Part shown: positions 1 to 13,279 of the stretch, piece after piece
Layout: every line of letters starts with the position of its first letter
Position numbering within the stretch: the stretch's first letter is position 1
Origin: Trichoplax sp. H2
Taxonomy: Eukaryota
Assembly (NCBI GenBank): GCA_003344405.1
Contig: NOWV01000207.1
Span: forward strand, 62,001 to 126,000
Direction: 5' to 3'
Length of the DNA stretch: 64,000 nucleotides
Notes under the pieces: model-generated
Databases searched by the model: none
The model's input: the letters and a program-made list of their open reading frames with translations, nothing else
Told to the model about the DNA's origin: nothing
Program-made: the position numbers and the translations under genes

Positions 1-4
1 ACAG

Positions 5-1115
5 GCTATCTGCAGTACCAGAAAAGCGCCAAAATATCGATTGGCAACACTACAAGAATAATATTGCCGCTTCTGGTTATGTAGAAAAGTTCATGAAAGG
101 GGTAAATGCGCTATCAATAATAACCAAATCACTACTCTAACATCCAATTGTCATTCATTTTGCGATCGCATGACACTCTCCACTAGCTTACCAGACAATT
201 TTGTAATGAAATAGTTGGTTGTCTATTTTCAATGCGAACAACATCATCACATACTATATGTACAGCACTATAGAATTCAATCAACATTCGGCTTATTCAT
301 TCATCATCTTTCTATTATAGTACGAAGCTGTACAAGTTCCTTTTCCTAAAGATACTGATACTGCTAGAATTGACGCTATGCAGAAGCAAATGGTAGGACA
401 GGATCGATACTGCACAAATTATTACTGTTGTCAAGAGGCCTAATAGCTTAGTCAACCAATGGCAATCATAACTGTGTAATTAGTGACTAGTGGATCTTTT
501 TTGAATCAGGTGTAATACTCCTTTTTATGTGTAATAGGAAAGTGAAATTGAAGGAATCGTTAAAGAATCAAAGCAAGCTGCACTCAGATTAGATAGTGAG
601 GTAATGTATCAGTGGATAGGATATGCTAGCATGTGATAGCTCGATAATAGCAGTATTAATAAAAGTTTCTTGGGCATCCCATCACGCTTGCAATCAAGAA
701 ACGGTAGAGAATTACTTGCATCATTGGAGCGATTGCAGATTTGATGCGTAGCAACGTAATTTCAGATTGTAATCCCTCACGATCGAGTAATCTATATTTT
801 ATATCTTTACTTACAGTTGTCCAAGATCAAGGCTGAAAAGTCATATGAAGAAACTACGGTTAGTTATAAATTAAACTTAAAACTGTTATACCAGATAATA
901 GGATGTTACAGATGAAACATTTACATAATGATGCCTTGCCATGATTTTATTTTACAATATTCAAATTATACCGCAACATGTTAATAAATAAATATATTGT
1001 TATAAACACATTTTTACTCGTCTTTACGCAATTATAGATTGATGAATACCTTGCAAATCATCCACAGTTAAGGAGGCAGTGTGAAGAAGATTTAAAAAAT
1101 TTCAAATATGATTAA
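5..1115 (+). CDS. ATP5PD: Mitochondrial ATP synthase peripheral stalk subunit d, 3' part (5' exons lie outside the window)
   Basis: GT-AG exons 5-101, 321-392, 538-600, 817-858 and 1038-1115 splice in frame to LSAVPEKRQNIDWQHYKNNIAASGYVEKFMKGYEAVQVPFPKDTDTARIDAMQKQMESEIEGIVKESKQAALRLDSELSKIKAEKSYEETTIDEYLANHPQLRRQCEEDLKNFKYD*. The IDWxxYK..V..F..Y..vP.P.D pattern is characteristic of subunit d. AATAAA at about 1229. Confidence 0.9.
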
Positions 1116-1394
1116 ATCGATTGATAACTAGCTGGCTTCGCTTCAAATGTTTTTGTGTATTGAGAATGTATAACTTAGGCAACTTATTAAATGGAATATC
1201 GAGGACGCTTCATCTATTCGAATAACTAAATAAAATAAAATAATTGCATAACATCGTAACAGAGGATACATTTCTACGAAAAGCAGTTCTTAATGTCTTC
1301 ACTGTTTCACTAACACCGTCAGATAGCGCTGACGGATTACAATTAAAAAAGAGATTATCATCCTGTATATACGGGCTTTACGTTTGATCTGGTT

Positions 1395-2426
1395 TCAGAC
1401 GAAATTTTTAATTTTTATAACTTGATTTAGTCGACTGCAGCAATGATAGAGTAAATTGCGTAATGCCAATTCAAATCCTGGAATTGCACTAGCATATAAC
1501 AATGGATTCAAACTACATCTACTGATGCCAATTAGCTGACAAATTAGAAATTGACTTTGATACTTTAGATAGCATGAATCATGATATAAGCGTGGATTGA
1601 AATGTACAATTAAGTAATAAATACGCCCTGGTGAAGACATGACAAAAAATACAATCACAAGAATTAGCAGCTTTCTGATCAATTTTTTTTGTGCTTTAGC
1701 AAAAGTAGTGTAAGTTATGGATTTCTTAATGATAATTCGGCTTTGAAGATTACGCATTATTTTGGAATATATGGTAACTACCACAATAAGAGGCAGGACA
1801 TAAATCATTACATATCGAGTTACAAAATAAATTTGCGCCAATTCTATGGAAAAAAAGGGTTGATTATTACTATCGAAGTGTAAAAAACATATTGATGACG
1901 TTTTGCAAGTCCTATTTCGTATTTTCATAAGTTGAATAGTTCTATGCGCAAATACAGTATACGTTATAACAGGAGAAGAATAACCCAACGCTACCAGAAG
2001 TATAAATACTAATATTAGACATTTACGCCGCTCTTTTGAATTTGGATTGACATTTTTTAACAGAACCCAATAGCGATCAAGTGCAATCATCACCATTGTG
2101 ACCGCAGTGCCAGTATTGAGTAAGATAGGGAAGCTGCTGCAAAAGTAGCATAAAGGTTGACCAGATAACATAGGGGTTAATGATGCGGTCAATTCAATTG
2201 GCCAAGAAAATAAAAGCAATAAAATATCGTACAGTGCCAGGTTACCGATTAAACGGTAGACAAGATCTGAGGTTCCATATTTCCTCTTCTTGATGATGAT
2301 CAATAAAACAGTGATATTTCCTATTAAACCTGTAAAGAATATGATTGCTGCCGAAACAATTATTGATACATTTAATGCAGATTTACTATCGGGACAGGTT
2401 GATGTTACGGGCATCTCGGTATTCAT
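1395..2426 (-). CDS. Intronless rhodopsin-like (class A) GPCR, paralog 1
   Basis: Seven hydrophobic segments with GN (TM1), LALYD (TM2), C3.25, DRY, an ECL2 Cys and NPLLY. First ATG at 2426; the track's TTG start is not used. Confidence 0.93.
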   Translation of the reverse strand: MNTEMPVTSTCPDSKSALNVSIIVSAAIIFFTGLIGNITVLLIIIKKRKYGTSDLVYRLIGNLALYDILLLLFSWPIELTASLTPMLSGQPLCYFCSSFPILLNTGTAVTMVMIALDRYWVLLKNVNPNSKERRKCLILVFILLVALGYSSPVITYTVFAHRTIQLMKIRNRTCKTSSICFLHFDSNNQPFFSIELAQIYFVTRYVMIYVLPLIVVVTIYSKIMRNLQSRIIIKKSITYTTFAKAQKKLIRKLLILVIVFFVMSSPGRIYYLIVHFNPRLYHDSCYLKYQSQFLICQLIGISRCSLNPLLYASAIPGFELALRNLLYHCCSRLNQVIKIKNFV

Positions 2427-4701
2427 TTTTTCCAATGTTTGTAGTAGATTACTCGATCTGTGTTGCTTGGATTAACTCCTTTATACTTTATTATCCATGA
2501 AGTACAACTTACCAATACCTTCTATAATTATCTACTATAACAATGATGGATGATGTTGAGCAAGTGTTGATTTTATGGGCAGGTGCAGCTGTAGTTATTA
2601 ATTTACGATCAATCAGGGTTTTATATATTCTAAAATTAAGCTAGTGAATAACAATTAATCCATACTTGTACGATCCTTATTGTTATTTATAGAATTGCTA
2701 AAGGAACCAGCTAATTGACGTCCTAACTAGAAATTTTATGCCCTATTCTGCAATGGTAATTAATGCTTAAATTAATTATTGTAAGGGGTTAATTAATAGA
2801 AGAAAGTCAAGCCGCTGGTATCATATTCAGCTAATTGAAATAAAATATGATCGAAATTATCATTGCTGAGAACCGATAATAATATATAATTAATTAGAAT
2901 ACTCGTATCATCGACAATTAAAATTACGCGTATTTAAGTCAACTGGGAAGACTATGGCTTCTACTTGTTTTTGCTACTTTTCAAGATGGTACTCATACAA
3001 TAATTGTATTACTGTACAATAACGATGCATTAACAGTATCAATAAAAATAAAATTTTCCATCGAAAATAAAAGACCTATTGTGATTAAACCTATGCTTAT
3101 AAATAAATATATTTACCGTAATCATTACAAAGCACTAAATGCGTTCAACTTTGACAAATTCTATTAGTTTCTAAGTAACTTATTTATCACAATAGAAGAA
3201 TACTAAAAAGGTTCAAAGAAGAGAGTTCAAAGGGGAATTCACGTCAAGTACTTTTCCTTTGCAAATAATAATCATAGAGCTGAATAATCGAATCTCCAAA
3301 GTACACGCTAATCAGTCGAATGCACGCATACTTAAAGAAAATTAGACACTTTCCTATGGTCTATCAATTAACGTTGAAATTTTATCATAGTTATAAAGTT
3401 AAGAATAGACAACCAAAAAGATTTTCCCATAAATTTTAAAGGTCGTTATTACGTATAAATATTTCGAGAACGATATCATAACTCATCAACAGAAACAACA
3501 AAATGAGTCATAGATGTATTATAAGGTTATTAGAGGCTACTTAAGTCAAAGAAATAGATATCCCTAACTAGGATAATTATAATTATAATAGATAATGCTT
3601 GTTTAGTATATAATAAAAAGGCACTAATCTTAGCTGCATCCCTTTTCTGCAGTAATGTGGACGTCAGTAATCGATACTTTTATTCCGCCTTGGACTTTAT
3701 CATTTAATCAGCACTGGTAATATACGGAAAAGTAGCTCAATGGGCTATTTCATCATCGCCTAAAGGAGACATATCACAGAGGCTATCGTATCTGTACATG
3801 ATTTAAACACATTTACTATTTAAAAATATCTATGATTCTACAGTAAATTCACTTATATGCAAAACAAATGGTTATAAAAATTGTTTGATAATTATTCGGT
3901 AATTATTTTGAACAGAAATTTGTTTATTACTTCGATTGAGGAATAAGAAAATTGTAAGGGTAAGCCATATGGAATTAATTATGAGTTCAATCAATCTTTA
4001 GATTACTGTATATTTGATAGATATAATAACCAAAAGATACCTTTTACTCGTACTGAATAAGTGAAGCAATTCCAGTTATTTAGACATTTAATGTTTTCTT
4101 GTTGAAACCGACTAAGCCACTTGCTGATAACTAATTAGAGAATAGAAACAGATTACTTTATTGAGCCACTATAATGCTATATTACAGGCGATCAAGACAC
4201 TTACGTTGATATCTGAACCAGAAATAATGTGATATTAATTAAAATTACATAATACTGCTATTAATTTATACTACAACATTGCACTGTCACAATCAAATAA
4301 CGAGATTAGTGGCATGTATTTAATACTAAGAAAGAATAGCAGAGGATAACAAATTTTACATAAATTGCTTAGAAAAATAAATAGAATAGAAATATAACAT
4401 GTCTGGACCAAAAGATAACATCTTATGTGGTATTAAATTAAATTTATTAATACGCTCTATTGGACAATTTCTAAAATGAGGATATTTTTTAAAGTAGGAC
4501 ATTCAACATATCATAACATGCTTTACGACATCTTTTTAGCCTTATAATTTAGCGTAAAGACCTACATTACTTCAATAGATTATTTAATGGCAACTAGATA
4601 TGACTATTTCTTCAGTAGCTTAAGAAGAAGTACAGCGGCTTAACTGAAAGTAAACTCTACCATGGAAACAATTCAATTCGGCTAAATAAGAGTAGGTAAA
4701 A

Positions 4702-5862
4702 TTAAATTGTACTTACTAAATTGATCTCTAAATGTAAGTCAGCCTTAGCAGGGGATTCTTCTACCTTATTAGCTAAATGAGTTAGCTTTAATTTCGTACA
4801 AGGCTCAACAATTTGATCATTTCTATTTTTAATACCAAAATAAAGGCATTTTGGCTTATAATCCCAGCCATACATAGCAATCATCACCTGTCTACATTCT
4901 GGAATAGAAGCTGAGTATATAAAAGGATTGACAGCACTTCTGCTAATCAACAATAATTGGCATATTAGGAATAGAAATGAATTAATTGCATGTGTCTGGA
5001 TATTAAAAAAAGATGGACTATTTATCATAACATAATAATAAATATGTTCTGGAGTCAAGGAAAGAAAATATATGACGATTAATATTGAAGGCAATTTAAT
5101 CAATTTACGGTCTTCCTCAATGTTATATCCAATTGTGGTATTATCTTTCGTAGGCAATAATTCACCTGTTTTGAAAGTACTTAATTTATACATCAATATC
5201 ACAATCGAAAGAGGGATAACGCATAAGATATTGTATCTTAATAGAAAATAAATTTGCCACGGAGCTGAAGTTGAATAATTATGACTGCCATATTCGATCC
5301 AGCACTTAGCATTTACTTTAAACTTTGATGATCCCAACATGAGAGCGCTTGTTTTGTCTTCTGAGGTAAATGCTATGTCTGGACAAGCGAGAGCTAAAGC
5401 TAAAATAAAAATAACTCCTAGCTTGGAAATGTTACGCCAACATGAAGAATTTGATTTCGCTGAATTTATAGCCACATGATAGCGATCAAAAGCCATCCAA
5501 ATTATCGTTAAGGCAGCCTGAGCACTAAATAGAATTGGAAAGCTATTGCTAATGTAGCATAAAATAGTGCCAAAAGGCCAAGAGAGAGCAAATTTGACCA
5601 GTTGTATGGGCCAGTACAATAAAAGTAGGCATATATCACACAAGGCCAGATTTCCAATAAAGTAGTAAACGGGATCTCTCATTTTGGCTTTTCTGTGTTT
5701 AATAACGAGGAATAACGTGATCATATTCCCTATCAACCCAAAGACTATAATGAAAAGAGGAAAGACATACACTATCCATTGCATTGCAATTGACCAGCCA
5801 TGATAACCTTGTAAACTAGGCCATAAATGATCATTTTGATAAGCATGATAGTAATTAATCAT
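4702..5862 (-). CDS. Intronless class A GPCR, paralog 2
   Basis: GN, LALCD, WPFG..LC, DRY, ECL2 Cys and NPFIY. Confidence 0.94.
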   Translation of the reverse strand: MINYYHAYQNDHLWPSLQGYHGWSIAMQWIVYVFPLFIIVFGLIGNMITLFLVIKHRKAKMRDPVYYFIGNLALCDICLLLLYWPIQLVKFALSWPFGTILCYISNSFPILFSAQAALTIIWMAFDRYHVAINSAKSNSSCWRNISKLGVIFILALALACPDIAFTSEDKTSALMLGSSKFKVNAKCWIEYGSHNYSTSAPWQIYFLLRYNILCVIPLSIVILMYKLSTFKTGELLPTKDNTTIGYNIEEDRKLIKLPSILIVIYFLSLTPEHIYYYVMINSPSFFNIQTHAINSFLFLICQLLLISRSAVNPFIYSASIPECRQVMIAMYGWDYKPKCLYFGIKNRNDQIVEPCTKLKLTHLANKVEESPAKADLHLEINLVSTI

Positions 5863-6082
5863 ACTGATAATGGATTTGTAAAGAGCCTTTATGAAAGAGT
5901 ATCAAATTAAAATTGATCGACGAAAAAGAAAGATTCCAATAAAAACGGAGCTATAACCGTTAGTTTCTTATCTTTATATTTGTGCTGTCGATAAGATATC
6001 ACTATATACTACTTGAAAATAAAATAATCCTAGAAATTCATAAACATTGATATACTAGCATTCATTTCTAAGCGTAAATGGG

Positions 6083-6393
6083 CGTTTAGCTCTCATTGTA
6101 AGTAAGAAGATCAATTATATCCATTCTCATTGTAAGCAAGAAAATCAACTATATCAATTCTCTATTTATTGTCTGTTCACCAAAAGAAACCAATTCCTGC
6201 TCTATATATCGTATAAGATGCTTTGACACATAGCTAAAAGAGACGTTTTAGCCCTCATTGAGAGCAAGAAGATCAGTTACATCCATTCTCATTGCAAGCA
6301 AGATCGGTTATATCCATTCTTTATTTATTGTCTGTTCACCAAAATAAAACCAACTTTTGCTTTGTACGTCATATAGGATACTTTGATAAATAG
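6083..6393. repeat. Diverged tandem duplication, about 160 bp x2, with nested ~34-bp subunits
   Basis: ctcattgtaagcaagaagatc..tatccatt recurs four times, and tatttattgtctgttcaccaaaa occurs at about 6163 and 6322. Confidence 0.75.
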
Positions 6394-7963
6394 AACAAAT
6401 ATAGAATGTAAAAAATGGTTGACTTTAATTTAAAGACAATAATACCAACAATTATCTGACAACTAATTGTAATCAATTCCTGAGGAAGTAGGAAACTTCT
6501 ATGCAACAATAAATTGCCTCTTAAATTACCCTACTAAGCTGTCTTGCATTTCATGATGGTATTAATGCTAGAAATATGAAAGTTTTAAATCTATAGTCAT
6601 TTACTGTAAATGATTAGGCGTGATCAGGGAACAAAGATCTTAGTAGTGCCAACCATTTACAGAACCTATCTTTAATTTCAGTTTAAAGATTCTATCAATT
6701 CTTTTTTCTTGACCTATACAGGCATGTACACCTGCTAATATGCTCATTTCTTCTTGTTCAGAACTTAACCTTCCTCGTAAAATTCTTTACATCAATAAAC
6801 TAAACTTTATTCATTGCAGCTGTTACAGTAAATAAAGAGTATATATGATTCATCGTAAGCAGTTTCTTACGTAATGCCAAGACAATCATTTATTGCAGTT
6901 CGACTTTTTCTACAAGACAGGTACTATAATACATGACAAATACGATGTAGAACATTGCTCATACTTTAGCAAGGATATAGGTAGATAAAATAGCCACAAA
7001 ACCAAATACAACTTCTATACACTTATAATTACAAATATTCCGCTTCCTTAGACTTTCATGTAATCTTCCATTAACGTTTTTCTTCCTTGAAAGTATACCG
7101 CTTAGAAAGTAAGCTATCACTAAATGATTTTTAAATTTTGCTATTATTCCATAACTCATGATCTATTTTTTTATCATCTGTTTCGAAATCTCTAGTATAT
7201 TTCATGCTCAGACTTTATGATTATTTTCGATTGTCGAATATTGCTAGCAAACGGCTTCGCAAAATAAGTATACACAATCTACGTAAGTATCGAATTGAAC
7301 TAGACATGTAGTCAATGAAGTAAACCTTACCTAATTTAGCCAATGTTATCAACTAATCCACTTTCAGTCCAGGCTGAATTTATAATACATATCAAGGACT
7401 TTTCGTTGCTGTTATAAAAACTCATCAACGCGGCCTTACTTACCAATTTTACTAATTTTTATTTTATTCATATTGACGCATTCATGATAAACTTATATGA
7501 TCATACCATTGACCAATTCTAATTACGGGTAATAGTAAAACATCGAAGATAAGGAAATATGTAATAATCTGATTAAAATACGCTAGAACCTTCAACTTGA
7601 GATAAATTTACGCAAAGTCCTGTATAAAGTATACGAGTGTGCTGCTATTTTGTCGTAGAAGATTTACTATTCTGCTTTGTATATCACATTCATCACCTGA
7701 GTAGTGTTAACAAAAGTACTTTGAAATAGTCCGCAAAGGCAACTTAGTCTTGCCCTCCTATATTGCAGTTAGTTACGTATGTACAGACAGATTCTCGAAT
7801 CTAGTGGATATTATACTCCGTTACTCATACTTAACCATCTTTAATCTACTACTTCACATACCAGTTACATAATATAGTAAGGATAGAATACTACAACCAT
7901 GAATTGGAGAAATTGCCCTATCCTAAGTTAGATTTCATTATCGGTTGAATACCTTGAACTTAG

Positions 7964-9025
7964 CTAAATTTTGTTTTCTGATAAAGATAAATTGATCATA
8001 TCGGGCTGATCGCTTTTCCGTTTGATATATGAACAGGTAAAAATAGATCGCAACGATTGCTTACACTCTGGAAAAAAGTGAGCATAGATAACGGGATTTG
8101 CGATGCATTTACTAACAGTAATAAGCTGGCAAATCAAGTAGGTAATCTGGTAACGGCGATAATAGCCTAAGCTATATCGAAGGTATCCAAAATTATAGAC
8201 AAAGTAGAAAATGTATTCCGGAGTCCAAAAGAGTAGCAATGTAATCATTAGAATTAATGTCATTTTTGCCCATTTTTTGTGTATCGTTATATCACCATAG
8301 GTAACTGTTATTGCAGAATTTGTAGCTGTATCGTCAATCTTGATATTTCTTTTAATTTGATAATAAAGTATTACTACGATGATCAAAGGGATAACATAAA
8401 GTGTTACGTAGAGAGAGATACAATAAATATGGTATGGATCTTGAAAATTACTATAATGGCGACCGATATAGACGAAGCAAACACGAACAGCATCATCATA
8501 ATACGCTACTGGCCCGATAAATAAGCCATAGGCATATGTATAAGCTGTGAAAACGAGGTCGGGAAAAGTGGCAGCTAGTGCTGTAAAAAAGATGGCTGCT
8601 AAAATAATTCTTTTACGTGTTGTAGAAGGACTTGGATTAGCTGATTTGACAATAACTCGATATTGATGGATAGCCATAGCAACAACAGTTAGAGATGGAC
8701 CGGCATTGCATAGGACAGGTAAGAGATTGAAAAAATAGCAAAGAAACGATCCAAACGGCCACGGAATCGATTTTCGGACTAATGCTAACGGCCAGTAGAG
8801 TACAAGTAATACGATATCATAAATGACCAAACTAGTAACCAAGTAAAAAAAGAGATCTCGGACGTTATGTAATCCTTTCTTGATTAACGAAACTAAGATA
8901 GTGATATTTGTTATAATACCCAAAGATAAAATGATTGCTGATGGAATATAAGCCACAAGCTGCATGGCTAAAGGTGAAATATCTTTAAAATAATCTGTAA
9001 TGGGATTTCGCTCGCTGTTGTTCAT
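7964..9025 (-). CDS. Intronless class A GPCR, paralog 3 (HQY in place of DRY)
   Basis: LVIYD, WPFGSFLC, HQY, FWTP and NPVIY. First ATG at 9025. Confidence 0.93.
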   Translation of the reverse strand: MNNSERNPITDYFKDISPLAMQLVAYIPSAIILSLGIITNITILVSLIKKGLHNVRDLFFYLVTSLVIYDIVLLVLYWPLALVRKSIPWPFGSFLCYFFNLLPVLCNAGPSLTVVAMAIHQYRVIVKSANPSPSTTRKRIILAAIFFTALAATFPDLVFTAYTYAYGLFIGPVAYYDDAVRVCFVYIGRHYSNFQDPYHIYCISLYVTLYVIPLIIVVILYYQIKRNIKIDDTATNSAITVTYGDITIHKKWAKMTLILMITLLLFWTPEYIFYFVYNFGYLRYSLGYYRRYQITYLICQLITVSKCIANPVIYAHFFPECKQSLRSIFTCSYIKRKSDQPDMINLSLSENKI

Positions 9026-9912
9026 ATTTTGATTAGTCTTTGCAATATCCAAACGTGGAAATATCAATTATGCAATAACTTATTTAAAACACCAATCAAA
9101 TATGCTAATGGCAGGATGAAGGACGTAAGAAACAATTATTTTACGAGTGTGAGTAAGTAACTTGGATATTTGTTAAGCTTTCCTCAGATATTTTCGTATG
9201 TTCGCAGTCCAGCAAAGCAAATTCAATTTTCTGTCCCTTAGAGAAGATAAAATTCTACTTTCAAGAATATCAACATCGTAGTTGTAACGATTGCATCAAG
9301 AGGTGTTTTAAACCCAGATAAGAGTTAATTAAATATTAGCCCTAATCTAGACAACTAATTTTATATTGATGATTTCGAACAAAGAATACGATTTAGGCCT
9401 CGGATAAATATTGTAGATCATCGTACCTTAATTATACCTGAAACGAAATAATAGCAATGCGGAAGTAATAAAGGATTCGACGCCAAGAAATTAGCATGAC
9501 AATCTTTTTCAGCGACAACAAAGGCTCGGATTTTTTCAGGATTTATGTCAATAAATAGTACTTATTACCATTAAGTTCTTTGCATATGAGAAAAAATCAG
9601 CTAGATATAAATTAGAAGGCAATTTACAAAATTATTTTTACAAAGATACCGGTTTAATTTGGTAGTTTAGCGACTTAGTCCTTAACGTTGTATTGCAGAA
9701 TCTTGAATTTTAAGAAAACACGATCACAATATTTTATAATTGTTTGGATTCTCACACGGCTAGAGATTTTTTCCTTGCAAGAATAAGCAGGATCGTTTAT
9801 ATAGAATCTGTTAAACAAAATAGATCATACTAGCATAAGGGATAAGACTTAGTGCTTAATAGTCTAATAATTCGTGATCGTAACCAACGAAAAAATCGAA
9901 CCAAATTAACCA

Positions 9913-10215
9913 AATTCGGCCTAAAAAACTTATGAGATCCTAATCGTATTTCGATATTTTAGCGATAGTAGTAAAAGTATGTTATACATATGAAGATGTC
10001 CCCATAATTATCTAATACTTTTTGTAGCAGTACTACAGAAAACTCGAATTTAAATAGCTAAACTATTTTTCAAAATTCGGTCTAAAAATTGTGGAATCCT
10101 ACATTTCCATCTTTTAGCGATATTGTTACAAGTCCATAAGCACAGGAAGATATAGTGAGAATCCGCTATTTTTTATAACAATACTACAGAAAAAGTGGAT
10201 TTAGATAGCTAAATT
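9913..10215. repeat. Diverged tandem duplication, about 160 bp x2
   Basis: aattcgg.ctaaaaa, ttttagcgata and tactacagaaaa..atttanatagctaaa each occur twice. Confidence 0.6.
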
Positions 10216-12208
10216 ATCTATTGAATAAAAGCAATGCTTACCGAAAGTTATTTCACAACCCGTAATTTCTTTAATTATTCTCTGACTTTTGCTTACTCTA
10301 GTTTTCATAACAGTTCATCATTTCTCAAACAGAAAATAGACTATTCTTAAAGGATCCATTCAGCGATAATTACTCTTTATTGTGAATGAAGTTCGTAATT
10401 CGCCAACACAAAACTTGAGTTATTACGATAGTGCAAATCACTATGGCGATACATCATAACCTACACCTTAATTACCTTTGAAAACACTCGAACAGCAATT
10501 CTATACAACTTTTCTAAAACACAATCAAATACTCCTCTACAATATTCTATTCAGCAGTTTGAAATCAGGGTAGGAAACTACTCACAAATACAATTTTATA
10601 TTGTCACCAGCTACTGACTTTTCCGTACTTAGTATAAACAGAATAGGTGCACCATTTAATTACGCCAGCCATAGTCTACAAATTAATTTATCAAGCACAA
10701 ACGACTATTCTTTCTCATATAGAGCTTTACTTATATTACTGTCATGCACTTTAAAAAAATATTATTTTACGAATTTAGTTAAAATTACTACTCTCTTTGA
10801 GATAGATTCAATCTCTGCAGGATATTTTAATATTTCTGAAGCTTTTAGTTTGTATATGTTGCCGTATTACTTTTAAGAACATCTATATAAATCAGTCAAT
10901 TAATTTCTGCCTCATTAAGGAATGGACATAAGTTAAAAGAAGTAAATGGATACTGAGTTTGTAAATGTTATAATAAATGTAATAAGATATCTATACAGGA
11001 AGGTAAGCTTGATATGATCACTAGAGTATAATACTTAAAAATAACAATATTAGCTTCTCAAATGAATGATTCACGGGAATGGAGTTACATAGGTGACATT
11101 TGGAGGCCATTTTATTAATTTTTGGCACTATTTATGTACAAAAATATCATTATGTTAATTACTGATTAACATATCACAACTTTATCTTATGTTCTTTTAA
11201 GACTTTTTTCTTTTAATCTATTTTATATTCATAGAAAGAGAAAATTTGAGACATAAGACTACTAAATTCGTCTTGAAGATGTAATTTGGATTTAATTTTT
11301 ATTTCTAATTTCAGTTTTTTTTCGAACAATCCAGTTTCTGCTTTTAAGATACTCGAACTAGAGCTCTAACTCTACCACAATAAATGCTAGCAATACGATA
11401 TTATACTCATCAAGATGGTCTTAGTCCTAATATATTTTCATGATCGTAAAATTTCACAAATAAATAAACTTAACAATATAATAACTAGATGCTTATTTTG
11501 GCCTAGTTTTCAGCATATTCCATCGTTATACCATATCGTATTTTTCTAATTTTTCAAATAAATATAATCGATGCGACTAGCATCAATAACGTTGTTGTTA
11601 ATTAAACGTTCTAAACCTAACAATAAATCATAATTGCTCTCGTTCACCTCGATTTCTATTGAATTTTGCATTATGCCATTTAGCATGTTCTAGCCTATCC
11701 GTAAAATCGAACTATTTTCAGAAGCAATTACATAATTTCTAGTCCGAGTAGAACACCTTAAAGCTAACTATACAATAAAATTGCGATAATATTAGCTTTA
11801 TTACCTACTATTTTAATATCCTACACTTCTATTTTACTAATCTACTGAGTGAAAAATACCAATCGTTCCTAAGAACATCCAGCCATAAATGTGTTATTTC
11901 CAGCTCTAATGAAATGTTTTAAAGTTAGCAATACCATACTATGGTGATTATGATGTTAGCCTTGACTGCAGAGTACCATCTGATCATTTCTAGTAATAAA
12001 TGCGTTAACACGCCTATCATAGGTAAGCTAAAATAGATTGGAATTTTGATATACAGGCACTAAAGCACTAAAATAGCTTACTAAAGGAATATGTAAGCTG
12101 ATATACTCGATTGTTGCTAAGGAGAACTAGTCAAAGTTAATGACAAGTACTTACCACTGATCCTATTAGGGTCAATATGCGGTATTGACATCTTCAGTCC
12201 CTTCCTAT

Positions 12209-13279
12209 CTACTCCTTATTATCTTTTTCAACAGCAGATAATAAAGGAGCAACTTCATTTGGTCGCAATGGTTGAACTACCAAATCTGATGAGGGCGATC
12301 CAAAACATTGCTTTAACAAATAAATTAATGGATGCTTAATGTAGGGGCAAAAATATGCATAAATGACAGGATTAATAGCACACTTGCTAATGCCCATTAA
12401 CTTTGAAATTAGTCGAAGGAGATAGAATACATAGTGCTGATTAACAGTCATTCCTGCGCCATAGACATCTCTAAAATTACAAATAAATAATGGAGTCCAT
12501 ACGATTACATGCGTTATCATCAAGACTAAAACCATTTGAATCATTTTCTTGTGTGAATCTATCATTTCTTTCTCATCCACTGATTCTGGCTGAGAGAAAT
12601 GATGCATGGTTTTTGCGAATATTATGATCACTATAATCAATGGCAGTATGTAAAGTAAGACATATCCACAGGTATAATAGATTTGCTCCGAACGCCTTAA
12701 TATAATAGTGTTATTATGGAACTGAAACTGTGGTAAAGCTAAATGACAGCTTAAACCGAGTATTGCAGTACTCGTGGATCCACTATACAGTGAAAATGGG
12801 ACATAATTAAAATCTACATCCGTAAATATAATCGATGGTAATGAGAAAGCCAAAGCAATTATGGCTATAATGATGACGGTTGCCAATTTCCATTCACTTT
12901 TAACATTAGAAATGGTAACTTTTACTGCGATTTGATAACGATCAATAGCCATGGCAACAATGGTTAATGCTGAAGCTGCATTAAAATAAACCGTAAAGCC
13001 ATTGCAGATATGACACAAGATTTCGCCGAAATACCAATGGTTGAAGATTTGATTGAGCTCATAGGGCCAATATAGTAAGAGAGTTAAGATGTCATAGAGT
13101 GCTAAACTAGCAAGTAAGCAGTGAAATTTATCCAAGGTTTTATATTTTCTGTTCCTGAATATAATAATCAGGACATATATATTGGCAATCCACCCTGAGG
13201 ATAGAATGATAACCGAAGATATGGCTGCGGTTAATTGCATCGCTAAAAGCGATATTATAGATTGTCCCAATGAAGGCAT
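12209..13279 (-). CDS. Intronless class A GPCR, paralog 4
   Basis: LALYD, WYFGEILC, DRY, VWTP and NPVIY. Confidence 0.93.
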   Translation of the reverse strand: MPSLGQSIISLLAMQLTAAISSVIILSSGWIANIYVLIIIFRNRKYKTLDKFHCLLASLALYDILTLLLYWPYELNQIFNHWYFGEILCHICNGFTVYFNAASALTIVAMAIDRYQIAVKVTISNVKSEWKLATVIIIAIIALAFSLPSIIFTDVDFNYVPFSLYSGSTSTAILGLSCHLALPQFQFHNNTIILRRSEQIYYTCGYVLLYILPLIIVIIIFAKTMHHFSQPESVDEKEMIDSHKKMIQMVLVLMITHVIVWTPLFICNFRDVYGAGMTVNQHYVFYLLRLISKLMGISKCAINPVIYAYFCPYIKHPLIYLLKQCFGSPSSDLVVQPLRPNEVAPLLSAVEKDNKE

